A stretch of 64,000 nucleotides of DNA from NCBI GenBank assembly GCA_035637355.1, contig DASPXJ010000056.1:2517-66516 (forward strand), read 5' to 3'. Each line of letters begins with the position of its first letter. The stretch's first letter is position 1. Positions 44,650 to 53,809 of the stretch are shown here, one piece after another. The position numbers were made by a program, and so were the translations under genes. The notes below the pieces were generated by a model, which was given only the letters and a program-made list of their open reading frames with translations, ran no database searches and was not told the origin of the DNA. The DNA is from Gemmatimonadales bacterium. GTDB lineage: Bacteria; Gemmatimonadota; Gemmatimonadetes; Gemmatimonadales; GWC2-71-9.

Positions 44650-45684
44650 ATGCAAGCCATCGTGAAGCCGAGTCGCGCCCCTGGCCTGAAGGTTACGACC
44701 GTCCCGAAGCCGTCCCCCGGTCCGGGGGAGGTGCTGATCGCCGTGCGGCACGCCGGGGTCTGCGGCACCGACCTCCACATCGCCGACTGGAACCCATGGG
44801 CCCAGGGCCGCATCAAGCCACCGATCGTCGTGGGCCACGAATTCGCCGGAGAGATCGAGTCCGTCGGTGACGGCGTCACGGGACTCCGCGCGGGCCACCT
44901 CGTCACCGCCGAGGGTCACATCGTCTGCGGGCACTGCCTCCAGTGCCGCACCGGGAACAGCCACATCTGCAAGAACACGCGCATCATCGGCGTCGATCGC
45001 GACGGCGCATTTGCGGAGTACATCGTGATGCCCGCGACCAATGTGCTGACGCTCGATGGGGGAAACATTCCGACGGAAGTCGGCGCAATCATGGATCCGA
45101 TGGGCAATGCGTTTCACACGGTGCTGACCGCAGAAATTCCCGGCAGCACCGTTTTCGTTGTCGGATGCGGGCCGATCGGCTGCTTCGCGGTCGGGATCGC
45201 GCGGGCGGCAGGCGCCACCAAGGTCATTGCGTCCGATGTGAATCCCACGCGCCTCGCGCTCGCGGAGAAAATGGGCGCGCACGTCACCATCAACGCGAAG
45301 CGGGACGACGTCGTGAAGACGGTCCTCGCCGAGACCGCCGAGGAAGGCGCGGACGTGGTGTGCGAGATGTCGGGTGTGCCGTCGGCGCTGCACCAGGCAT
45401 TCGCGGCGGTGCGGTTGGGCGGGCGCGTGCAGCTACTCGGCATTCCGGACGGCGAAGTCCCGGTCGATCTCGCCAATGAGATCATCTTCAAGGGGATCAC
45501 CGTGTACGGCGTCATCGGCCGCAAGATGTACCAGACCTGGCACCAGATGCGCCGATTTCTCCTGGGCGGGCAGTTCGATCCGCGGCCCGTCATCACGCAC
45601 AAATTCCCGCTCGCCAAGATCGACGAAGCCCTGGCGGCGATTCGCTCGGGGGACGCCGGGAAAGTCATTCTGGAGATCGTATGA
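44650..45684 (+). CDS. tdh: L-threonine 3-dehydrogenase
   Basis: Trimmed to MQAIVKPSRAPG... Zn-ADH motifs GHEFAGEI and CGHCLQCRTGNSHIC. Followed by kbl. Confidence 0.85.
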   Translation: MQAIVKPSRAPGLKVTTVPKPSPGPGEVLIAVRHAGVCGTDLHIADWNPWAQGRIKPPIVVGHEFAGEIESVGDGVTGLRAGHLVTAEGHIVCGHCLQCRTGNSHICKNTRIIGVDRDGAFAEYIVMPATNVLTLDGGNIPTEVGAIMDPMGNAFHTVLTAEIPGSTVFVVGCGPIGCFAVGIARAAGATKVIASDVNPTRLALAEKMGAHVTINAKRDDVVKTVLAETAEEGADVVCEMSGVPSALHQAFAAVRLGGRVQLLGIPDGEVPVDLANEIIFKGITVYGVIGRKMYQTWHQMRRFLLGGQFDPRPVITHKFPLAKIDEALAAIRSGDAGKVILEIV

Positions 45685-46874
45685 GCTTCATGGGGCAGCT
45701 GCAGGACGAGCTGGCGGAGTTCAGGAAGGACGGCGTTTACAAGCGGCTCAATTACCTCGACTCACCGCAGGATGCGCGCGTCAAGATGGAAGGGCGCGGC
45801 GAGGTCGTGATCCTGTCCTCCAACAACTACCTGGGCCTCTGCGACGTCCCTGAAGTCGTCCGGGCGGGCCAGGCGGCGCTCGACCGCTGGGGCGCTGGCA
45901 CCGCGTCGGTACGCTTCATCTGCGGCACGTTCACCGTGCACCGCGACCTCGAGGATGCGCTGGCGAAATTCGTCGGCTGCGAGTCGTCGCTGACCTACGT
46001 AAGCTGCTGGAATGCGAACGAAGGGCTCTGCCCCACGGTGCTCGGCGAGGCGGACGTCGTGATCTCCGATCAGCTGAATCACGCCTCGATCATCGATGCG
46101 ATTCGCCTCGCCAAGACGATCACCAAGTGTCAGACCGCCGTCTACAAGCATTCCGACATGGCCGACCTCGAGGAGAAGCTGCGCGCCGCGGGCAACGCGC
46201 GGCGCAAGCTCATTTTCACCGACGGCATTTTCTCGATGGAAGGGGACATCGCCAGGCTCCCCGATCTCGTGGCGCTGGCGCGCAAGCACGATGCCGTCCT
46301 GGCCGTCGACGACTCGCACGCTACCGGTGTGCTCGGCAAGAGCGGCCGCGGCACCGCCGAGCACTACGGCATGCTGGGTGAAATCGACGTGATCACGTCG
46401 ACGCTCGGCAAGGCGCTCGGCGGCGCGGCCGGCGGATTCACGGCCGGTCCGCTCGCGCTCACCGATTATCTGACGCAGCGCTCGCGGCCGCAGCTCTTCA
46501 GCAACGCTCTGCCACCCACCGTCGCCGCCAGTGCGCTCGCCGCCGTCCGTCACGTCACGGCGCACCCCGAGCTTGTCACGCGGCTGCATCAGAACGCGCG
46601 CTATTTCCGCGAGCAGCTGCTGGCGCTCGGCTTCAAGCCGCTGCCCGGGGACACCCCCATCGTGCCCGTGATCCTGGGCGAGACGGCGAAAGCGATTCAC
46701 ATGAGCGAGCTGTTGCTGGCCGAGGGTGTCTTCGTCACCGGGTTCGGCTATCCTGTTGTCCCGCAAGGACATGCGCGTGTGCGCTGCCAGCTCTCGACCG
46801 CTCACACGCGCGATGATCTCGACTTTGCGCTCCGCGCTTTCAAGAAGGTCGGCTCCAAACTCGGGTTGATCTAA
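45681..46874 (+). CDS. kbl: glycine C-acetyltransferase (2-amino-3-ketobutyrate CoA ligase)
   Basis: Alpha-oxoamine synthase pattern (SNNYLGL, DQLNHASIIDAIRL, DDSHATG, TLGKALGG with PLP lysine). Confidence 0.9.
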   Translation: MSFMGQLQDELAEFRKDGVYKRLNYLDSPQDARVKMEGRGEVVILSSNNYLGLCDVPEVVRAGQAALDRWGAGTASVRFICGTFTVHRDLEDALAKFVGCESSLTYVSCWNANEGLCPTVLGEADVVISDQLNHASIIDAIRLAKTITKCQTAVYKHSDMADLEEKLRAAGNARRKLIFTDGIFSMEGDIARLPDLVALARKHDAVLAVDDSHATGVLGKSGRGTAEHYGMLGEIDVITSTLGKALGGAAGGFTAGPLALTDYLTQRSRPQLFSNALPPTVAASALAAVRHVTAHPELVTRLHQNARYFREQLLALGFKPLPGDTPIVPVILGETAKAIHMSELLLAEGVFVTGFGYPVVPQGHARVRCQLSTAHTRDDLDFALRAFKKVGSKLGLI

Positions 46875-49345
46875 TGCACACACTTCTTCTCCTGGCGGTT
46901 TTTCAGGCCGTCGGGCCGTCCGGCCGTCCGGCCGACGCTTTAGGGTTCGAGCCTGGCGCCGACTCGATGCTCGCCGATTGGAAGCAGGTGAGCGGCTATG
47001 TGAATGGCCTCGCGCGGCAGAGTCGGTACGTCCACGTCGACACGCTCGGGAAGACGACGGAGGGGCGGCCCTTCGTGCTGTTGACTATCACATCGCCGGC
47101 GAACATCGCGCGTCTCGCCGACATCAAACGCGCGCAGGCGCTGCTCGCGGATCCGCGCCGCTTGAATGACACCGCACTCGCCGAAATCCGGATGACGCAA
47201 CCCGCCGTCATCCTCATCAGCAACAACATCCACTCGACGGAAGTCGCTTCCAGTCAGATGGGGATGACGCTCGCGTACCGGCTGGCGACGAACCCCGAAC
47301 TGCAGCGGCTGCTCGACTCTGTCGTCGTACTGATGATTCCCTCGATGAACCCCGACGGTCTCGACACCGTGGTGAGCTGGTACCGCCGCTACAAGGGGAC
47401 ACGATACGAGGGCGGACCCTTGCCCTGGCTGTACCACAAATACATCGGGCACGACAACAACCGCGACTGGTTCATGCTGACACAGGTGGAGACGCGACTC
47501 GTCACGCGGATGCTGTACAAGGAATGGTTTCCGGAAATCGTGTACGACGTGCACCAGATGGGCGCCAACGGCGTGCGCCTGTTCGTCCCGCCGTTTCAGG
47601 ATCCTGTCAATCCCAATCTCGATCCCGCGATCGTCGCCGGGATCAATCTCGTCGGGGCGCAGATGGCAGCGGCGCTCTACGATGCGGGGATGACCGGGAT
47701 CGCGCACCAGCAGACCTACGACCTGTGGTGGCACGGCGGCTTTCGCTCCACGCCCACGCGGCACAACATGATCGGCATCCTTACCGAAGCGGCGAGCACG
47801 CGCCTCGGGTCACCGATCACGCTGCCCCTGGACTCCGTACGCCAGCCTGGTCGGGGCGTGAATTACGCCGCGCCGTGGCCCGGAGGCACCTGGCACCTCG
47901 GCGACATCGTGCGCTACGAGCTGATCACATCCGAGGCGCTCGTGCGGCTCGCCGCACGCGATCGCGTGAACGTGATCGACCGCTTCGTCGGTCTGGGGCG
48001 GCGCGCGGTCGAAGCTGGTTTAGCCGGCGATCCGTTCGCATACGTGTTACCGGCTGAGCAGCGCGACCCGGAGAGTTGGACAGCCCTGGCGAACGTGCTC
48101 GGCGCGGGCGCCGTCGAAGTGTGGCGCGCCGCCGAACCGTTCACGGCCGACGGGAGGAGTTACCCGGCGGGCTCGCTGGTCGTGCCGATGGCCCAGCCGT
48201 ATCGCGCGCACGCCAAGGACCTGCTCGAGCCGCAGCGATACACGCCCGTGGCCGATCGCCCGCCGTACGACGTCGCCGGCTGGACGCTGCCCTTGACGAT
48301 GGGTGTGCACGCCGACGTCGTGAACGCGCCGTTCCGCGCCAACCTCGTGAAGGTGGACACGGTCGTGCCCGCACCGGGCAGAATCGAGGGCACTGGCGAG
48401 GTGTTCATTCTGAACAACCGGACCAACGCCGAGTCACGCGTGGTCGCGGAGCTGCTCGCTGCGGGACAGTCCGTGACGGTGGCGGGAGAGTCTCTCGTTG
48501 TCCAAGGTCCGAGGGCGCGGGCGATGCTCAGCGAGGCGGCCGCGCGCCATGGATTCTCGGTGACTGCCGTCAGGAACGGCCCAGCGCCTGGTACGGGAGT
48601 GACGAGGCAGCGCTTGCCACGCATCGGCCTGTACCAACCCTGGACCGGCAACATCGACGAGGGCTGGACGCGGTGGTTGCTCGAGCAGTATGGGCTCAGC
48701 TACACGACACTGCACGACAGCGATTTCAAGAAGGGAGCGCTGCGGCAGCGGTTCGACGTGATCGTCCTGCCGGACATCGATGCGCCGGCAATCCTCCACG
48801 GCATCGACTCAACTCGCATTCCAGTGCAATACGCAGGCGGGATTGGCGAAACGGGCGCCAGCGCCGTTTCGGCATTTGTTCGGGGTGGTGGCGTGCTCGT
48901 CTGCCTCGACGGTTCAAGTAATTTCGCGATTGCACGCCTTAACCTCCCTGTCGTCAACGTCCTAGCCGGTGAGGCATCGGGTCCGCAAGTTTTGCGATTT
49001 TACGCCCCAGGCTCTATTTTCGGTGTGCTTTTGGGAGGTGTGGAGCGGGCGGGCAGCCCCGTGACGCTGGGGGTGCCCGACTCCCTCGACATCTACTTCG
49101 AGAATAGCGCCGCCTTCACCGTGTCGGCCCCGGCCAGGGCCTTGGCGACGTATCCCGCGCAGCCCCTGCGCTCCGGCTATGCCCGGTTCCAGGAACGGCT
49201 CGAAGGGAAAGCGGCGCTGGTGGAGGCACCGGTAGGCAGCAGGGGGGGGCGTGTGATCCTGTTTGGGTTTCGGCCGCAGTTCCGGGGCCAGACGCACGGC
49301 ACCTTCAAGCTGCTCTTCAACGCGGTCCTGTTGGCGGCCCCATAG
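46874..49345 (+). CDS. M14-family metallocarboxypeptidase-like protein (large, secreted)
   Basis: Signal peptide. NNIHSTE provides the HxxE zinc motif. 823 aa with a long C-terminal extension. Confidence 0.65.
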   Translation: MHTLLLLAVFQAVGPSGRPADALGFEPGADSMLADWKQVSGYVNGLARQSRYVHVDTLGKTTEGRPFVLLTITSPANIARLADIKRAQALLADPRRLNDTALAEIRMTQPAVILISNNIHSTEVASSQMGMTLAYRLATNPELQRLLDSVVVLMIPSMNPDGLDTVVSWYRRYKGTRYEGGPLPWLYHKYIGHDNNRDWFMLTQVETRLVTRMLYKEWFPEIVYDVHQMGANGVRLFVPPFQDPVNPNLDPAIVAGINLVGAQMAAALYDAGMTGIAHQQTYDLWWHGGFRSTPTRHNMIGILTEAASTRLGSPITLPLDSVRQPGRGVNYAAPWPGGTWHLGDIVRYELITSEALVRLAARDRVNVIDRFVGLGRRAVEAGLAGDPFAYVLPAEQRDPESWTALANVLGAGAVEVWRAAEPFTADGRSYPAGSLVVPMAQPYRAHAKDLLEPQRYTPVADRPPYDVAGWTLPLTMGVHADVVNAPFRANLVKVDTVVPAPGRIEGTGEVFILNNRTNAESRVVAELLAAGQSVTVAGESLVVQGPRARAMLSEAAARHGFSVTAVRNGPAPGTGVTRQRLPRIGLYQPWTGNIDEGWTRWLLEQYGLSYTTLHDSDFKKGALRQRFDVIVLPDIDAPAILHGIDSTRIPVQYAGGIGETGASAVSAFVRGGGVLVCLDGSSNFAIARLNLPVVNVLAGEASGPQVLRFYAPGSIFGVLLGGVERAGSPVTLGVPDSLDIYFENSAAFTVSAPARALATYPAQPLRSGYARFQERLEGKAALVEAPVGSRGGRVILFGFRPQFRGQTHGTFKLLFNAVLLAAP

Positions 49346-49370
49346 ACGACGGGGGCCCGGAGGAGTTCCG

Positions 49371-50537
49371 ATGAAGCAGCTTGTGAGCCTCGCGGCCCTA
49401 ATCCTCGTCTTCAGCCCTGCGGCCGCGCAACGGTCTCAGAGCATCGAGTTCGGCGGGTTCGGCTCGTACTGGCGCTTCGACCACCTGTACTTTCTCAAGA
49501 ACTCGTTCGGGGGCGGCGCGCGCATCGCGTATGCCTGGAGCGACCGCCTGTCTATCGAGGTCACCGGCGACTTCACGAAGACGGTAGACACCGCCTCTTT
49601 GCAAAACGTGTCGGTGTCCGCGGTGGGCGGCAACGTGGTGTTCAATTTCCCCATGGGCGACCGGGCGACGCTCTATGCCACCGGCGGATACTCGCGACTC
49701 GTCTTCGGCCCCGACCCGCCCTACGATTTCACCGACAACATGGTCAATGGCGGCCTCGGGGCACGCGTGTTCCTCAGCCCACACCTGGCGTTGCGGCTGG
49801 ATGCCCGGGCGATGTACAACAGACAGAATCGCGATCCACTCAACCCCACCCCACGCGGTAGCTGGACGGGTCAGGTCGAGGGCGGAGCGGGCCTCTCCTA
49901 TTTCTTCATTCCGCCCCAACAGGGACGCGGCTTCAGCCGGCAGTATCAATGGTATTGGGGCGCTCAGGGCGGTGCCTTCATCTCCAAGACCAATACACAG
50001 CCGTACGTGTACGATCCGATCATCGGCGGCCACTGGCTGATCACCGCGCGCCGCACCGCGTTGTACGTCGCCTATGAACAGGCGCTCTTCCTGTCGGACG
50101 CGCAGGCCGTGATCTTCGATCCCAGCTCGTCAGGCTGCTCGCTGGGTACGGGCCCCTGTCGCGACGTCTCGTTCCACGACATGCGCCGCATCATGTTCGG
50201 CGTGCTCGCCTTCCCCGCCCAGAAGGTCATCGAGCCGTTCGGCGGCGGCGGCTTCGCCATCATGCAAGTGCTGAATCCGGCAATCGACTGCTCGGGAGGG
50301 TGCTCCAGCTCCCAGTTCGCGGAGGCATCCGATCGCGTCAACGAGCTATCGAGCCGGGCGTTCTTCTGGTTGATGGGTGGGTTACAGATCAACTACTCGA
50401 GCAAGCTGAACGTCTTCGCGCATTACCTGCTGACCTCCGGCGCCTCGAACTTCCTGCTCCAGAGCAACACGCATACGCTCCAGGGCGGGATCCGTTACAG
50501 CATGGGATCGGCGAAGGAAGGGGTCACCGAGCGGTAA
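49371..50537 (+). CDS. outer-membrane beta-barrel protein
   Basis: ATG 49371 preceded by GGAGG. Signal peptide ...SPAAAQ. An OmpA-like beta-barrel N-half (IEFGGFGSYWRF..., RLSIEVTGDF) and further strands. Confidence 0.6.
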   Translation: MKQLVSLAALILVFSPAAAQRSQSIEFGGFGSYWRFDHLYFLKNSFGGGARIAYAWSDRLSIEVTGDFTKTVDTASLQNVSVSAVGGNVVFNFPMGDRATLYATGGYSRLVFGPDPPYDFTDNMVNGGLGARVFLSPHLALRLDARAMYNRQNRDPLNPTPRGSWTGQVEGGAGLSYFFIPPQQGRGFSRQYQWYWGAQGGAFISKTNTQPYVYDPIIGGHWLITARRTALYVAYEQALFLSDAQAVIFDPSSSGCSLGTGPCRDVSFHDMRRIMFGVLAFPAQKVIEPFGGGGFAIMQVLNPAIDCSGGCSSSQFAEASDRVNELSSRAFFWLMGGLQINYSSKLNVFAHYLLTSGASNFLLQSNTHTLQGGIRYSMGSAKEGVTER

Positions 50538-50554
50538 GTAGTCGCACGAAAGGC

Positions 50555-51139
50555 TTAGCGGGAAACCCACGGCGAGTCCTTGAGATAGAAGCGCAGCGGC
50601 CAGTCGGCCGCCTGCGTGACACCGATGCGCGGACTCGTTGCGATCGCGCTCTTTTTCGGCGCCGGCCCGTCGGCGACGATGCGCAGCAACCCACGCTGTA
50701 ACGAAACGCCGTCCAGCGCACCGGTGACGCCGAGCGCCTCGCACAGCCGCGCGGGGCCCGCGCAGAGCGGCTCTCTCCCGCGGCGTTGCCGCATCGTGTC
50801 GAGCCCGGCGAGCGGCTCGAGCGCGCGAATCAGTACCGCCGCGGGATACTCCGGCTTTTCGGTCACGACGTTGAGACACCAATGCATCCCGTAGGTGAAA
50901 TACACATATGCCGTCCCAGGCCGGCCGTAGAGCGATTCGGTGCGCGCCGTGCGCCGGTGCCCATAGGCATGACACGCGGGATCGTGGGGGCCGACGTACG
51001 CTTCGACCTCGACGATGCGGCCGGCCGTCTCCCGCCGGCGTCCGCCCACGTCGCTGACGACAATGCGCCCCAATAGTCCACGCGCGACCTCTTCCGTGGG
51101 TCGCGCGTAGAACTTCGCCTGAACGGCGCTGCCTCGCAC
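50555..51139 (-). CDS. mpg: DNA-3-methyladenine glycosylase (Mpg/AAG family)
   Basis: ARGLLG..., IVEVEAY...DPACHAY and GTAYVYFTYGMHWCLNVV are family hallmarks. Confidence 0.85.
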   Translation of the reverse strand: MRGSAVQAKFYARPTEEVARGLLGRIVVSDVGGRRRETAGRIVEVEAYVGPHDPACHAYGHRRTARTESLYGRPGTAYVYFTYGMHWCLNVVTEKPEYPAAVLIRALEPLAGLDTMRQRRGREPLCAGPARLCEALGVTGALDGVSLQRGLLRIVADGPAPKKSAIATSPRIGVTQAADWPLRFYLKDSPWVSR

Positions 51140-51141
51140 CG

Positions 51142-52890
51142 TTACGCGCCGCCTCCCGTCAGGCCGCGCTTAACCTTGGACCAGAAAGACTCACCGGCGT
51201 CGGCTGGCGCGACCGCCGGAGGTTGTGGAGGAGCGGGAGGTTCTGAGGGGTCTGAACGGGTCGGCTCCGGCATCGGGCGCAGATTGCCGTTCGCGACATC
51301 AGGAGATTCCGATTCGTAACGCCGAGGCCCACGGCCGCGGCCACCACGACCACCGCGCCGGCCACGGCCGCCGCGTTCCCCCCGCTCGCCGCGGTCGCCG
51401 TTCTCAGCCTGCCCGCGGCCTCGCCCGCGACCACCCCGACCACCTCGTCCGCCCCGCTCGCCCCGCTCGCCCCGCTCGCCCCGCTCGCCCCGCTCCTGCG
51501 CGGGGCTCGACGGCGCCCCTGGGGGGGTGGGGGGGGGCTTGGGAGTCAGCACGTCGGCGCGAGGGCGGAAGTTGGGATCGACTTCCACGACGCCGATTTT
51601 GGGGATCTCGGGGACACCGCCGCCGGGAGCCGGACGGCGGGCACCACCGCGAGAACCGCGGCGAAAGCGCGCGCTGCGCATCGGAATTCCGCCTGGTGCC
51701 GACGACGGCGTGCTGTATGGCGGTGGCGGCGCCGACGAAGTCGGCATCGGAACGTCGTCCTCTTCTTCTGCATCCCCGGGGAGAGGGGGGGGAGGGGGGG
51801 GAGGGGCCGCGCCAATGGCCGGACGCGGAGCCTCCACCTCATCGCTCAGCGACTTTTCCTCTTCCTGTGGAGCCGGCTCCTGGTCTATGCCCATGCCGAC
51901 GGCCTGCTTGATCAACCCGAACGCGCCACCGAACGAAAACCCCGGCTTCGTCGCCGGCGCTTCCGGCTCCTCGGTGGGCGCGGGGCCGCGTCCTCGGCCC
52001 CGGCCGCCCCGGCGGCTGCGGGGCTTCTCAGCGGCTTCGCTCATCGCGGCGAGTGCGGGCTGCGCCGCCGCGCCTTGTACTTGTGGGCCCAGGGCGATCT
52101 CGTACTGCCCGTTGTCGAGTCTGGTCAACGTGATAAGGCCACGCCGGGCGGCCTCGATCACGAACTTGCTGAAGCGCGAGAACCCGGCGTCTTTCTCGTC
52201 GAAGTTCGGGTCGATCTCCTGCATGACCTGTTTCAAGCGGTCGGAGCGCATCACGTCGTTGTGCGCCGTCATCTGTTTGACCGCCTCGACGACCAGCTCC
52301 CATGGATCCCGCTTCACGTACTCGACTTCGCTCGTCTTCGTGAAGCCGGCGAGCTCGTTGTACGAGTAGTACTCATCGCAATTCTGGATGAGCAGGTCGC
52401 TCGAGGACTCCCGAATCCCCACCCCGATCACGTACTTGCCGTATTCCTTCAGCTTGAGCACGAGCGACGAGAAATCAGAATCGCCGGACAAGAGGATGAA
52501 GGTGCCGATCTCCGGCCGCGTGAACACCAGCTCCAGCGCATCGATCGCCAGGCGGATGTCGGTGGCATTCTTCTTGTTCGCCCCGTGCGCCGGCGCGAAG
52601 ATGAGATCGATCGAGGATTCGGAGAGCGGGACGATGTATTGCGGGTAACGGCGCCAGTCGGCATAGGCGCGCTGCACGGCAACCTTCCCCCGGATGATCT
52701 CTGACTGGAGCAGGCGTTTCAGCTCGGTCTGCAGGTCCGAGCGAATCGCCATCGTCACGTTATCGAAGTCGATCATCAGCGCGGCATTGGGCGCGTGGGC
52801 TGGGGGTTCTTTGTGGGCGGGGCGTGGCAAATGATTGTGAGCTTGCTGCGGTGTCATAGCGTACTCTGTTCCTGCCCTGAGGCGGGACAA
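51142..52890 (-). CDS. NYN (LabA-like) nuclease domain + OST-HTH/LOTUS domain protein with long Pro-rich and RGG/ERG-repeat tail
   Basis: MIDFDNV..., KNATDIRLAIDA and ILLSGDSDFS indicate NYN. VMRSDRLKQVM...FSRFSKFVIEAARRGLI indicates OST-HTH. C-terminal (ERG)5(RGG)n. Start may be MTPQQ at 52857. Confidence 0.75.
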   Translation of the reverse strand: MSRLRAGTEYAMTPQQAHNHLPRPAHKEPPAHAPNAALMIDFDNVTMAIRSDLQTELKRLLQSEIIRGKVAVQRAYADWRRYPQYIVPLSESSIDLIFAPAHGANKKNATDIRLAIDALELVFTRPEIGTFILLSGDSDFSSLVLKLKEYGKYVIGVGIRESSSDLLIQNCDEYYSYNELAGFTKTSEVEYVKRDPWELVVEAVKQMTAHNDVMRSDRLKQVMQEIDPNFDEKDAGFSRFSKFVIEAARRGLITLTRLDNGQYEIALGPQVQGAAAQPALAAMSEAAEKPRSRRGGRGRGRGPAPTEEPEAPATKPGFSFGGAFGLIKQAVGMGIDQEPAPQEEEKSLSDEVEAPRPAIGAAPPPPPPPLPGDAEEEDDVPMPTSSAPPPPYSTPSSAPGGIPMRSARFRRGSRGGARRPAPGGGVPEIPKIGVVEVDPNFRPRADVLTPKPPPTPPGAPSSPAQERGERGERGERGERGGRGGRGGRGRGRGQAENGDRGERGERGGRGRRGGRGGRGRGPRRYESESPDVANGNLRPMPEPTRSDPSEPPAPPQPPAVAPADAGESFWSKVKRGLTGGGA

Positions 52891-53118
52891 GCTCGTAGCA
52901 CGTTCCTCTGAGCGAGGAAGTGAACGACGCTCATCTGCTGCGTCGGGCTCTTGGTGAAGGCGTCTTGCGCCGTAGTTAAGGCTGGCTGGTGCGTGGGGAG
53001 GGTCGCCGGGTCACCGCGGCGCGCCCGTGCGCGTTACCTCGACCCGATGCCGAGGCCCGCAGGCGCCGCCTGATGGTTTCGACCCCTCGCCTATGGCACT
53101 GCCAGGCGTTTGAACGCA

Positions 53119-53274
53119 TCAACTATAAACGATTGGCAGCGCGGAAGCTAGGGCAGGAGCTCCGCCGGGATCGGTGCCGCGAGCCCATCCGGTGCCGACC
53201 GCGAGCAGCAGCGCCCGCAACGTCGCGGGCGTCCGTTCCAACACGTCCACCGATCGCTGGAGATCGAACTCCAT
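53119..53274 (-). pseudogene. possible truncated DinB-superfamily fragment (51 aa)
   Basis: MEFDLQRSVDVLERTPATLRALL...GW...PGG resembles the first helix of DinB_2 proteins, but the ORF stops where the conserved WS...HL segment should follow. Confidence 0.25.
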
Positions 53275-53627
53275 TACCGCAACTCCGTCGCTTCCCAGTG
53301 TAATCGATGCGCGATGCGGTGGATGAGCGGTGCCAGCAGGAGGCCCGCGACGCCGAGAAACAAACCACCGGCATAGAGGGCATAGAACCCCGCGAACAGC
53401 TTCCCTCCGTTCGTTTGGGGAGCGTTCACGGGACCCATTCCGCCTAGCAGCATCGCCGTATTCAGGAAGGCATCGCGCCAGGAAAGCCGTTCGTAGTGTT
53501 CGTAGCCCCACATTCCGGCCAGCAGCGAGAAACCAACCGACACGAGGGCCACGCCCAGGTGATTTGCCATGCGCCGCGCGAAGCGCCGTGGCGACAGCGG
53601 TGGGGTGTGACGGCCCTCGTACATCAT
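53274..53627 (-). CDS. small two-TM membrane protein, ion-channel-like with a non-canonical pore loop
   Basis: TM1 LGVALVSVGFSLLAGMWGY, a pore-helix-like SWRDAFLNTAMLLGGMGP, and TM2 LFAGFYALYAGGLFLGVAGLLL. GGMGP stands in place of the TVGYG filter. Confidence 0.4.
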   Translation of the reverse strand: MMYEGRHTPPLSPRRFARRMANHLGVALVSVGFSLLAGMWGYEHYERLSWRDAFLNTAMLLGGMGPVNAPQTNGGKLFAGFYALYAGGLFLGVAGLLLAPLIHRIAHRLHWEATELR

Positions 53628-53809
53628 GTCCCGCGTTGACCTCGCCTCGGCGTCGTGGGTGGCTCGGGATCACGCGGAGTCCGGGCAGGCTCCCACGGCT
53701 CGGGCGGCCGTGGCTTGGGTGGCTCCGGCAGTTTCACCGGTCCCGGTTCCTTCTTCTTCCAGAGCGGAGGCAAGTCCATAATCTCTCCTTCTTCCTGTTG
53801 AGTCTTCAC
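53624..53809 (-). CDS. Pro-rich small protein (61 aa)
   Basis: ORF coupled at both ends by ATGA-type overlaps with neighbouring genes. Low-complexity PEPPKPRPPEPWEP. Confidence 0.3.
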   Translation of the reverse strand: MKTQQEEGEIMDLPPLWKKKEPGPVKLPEPPKPRPPEPWEPARTPRDPEPPTTPRRGQRGT

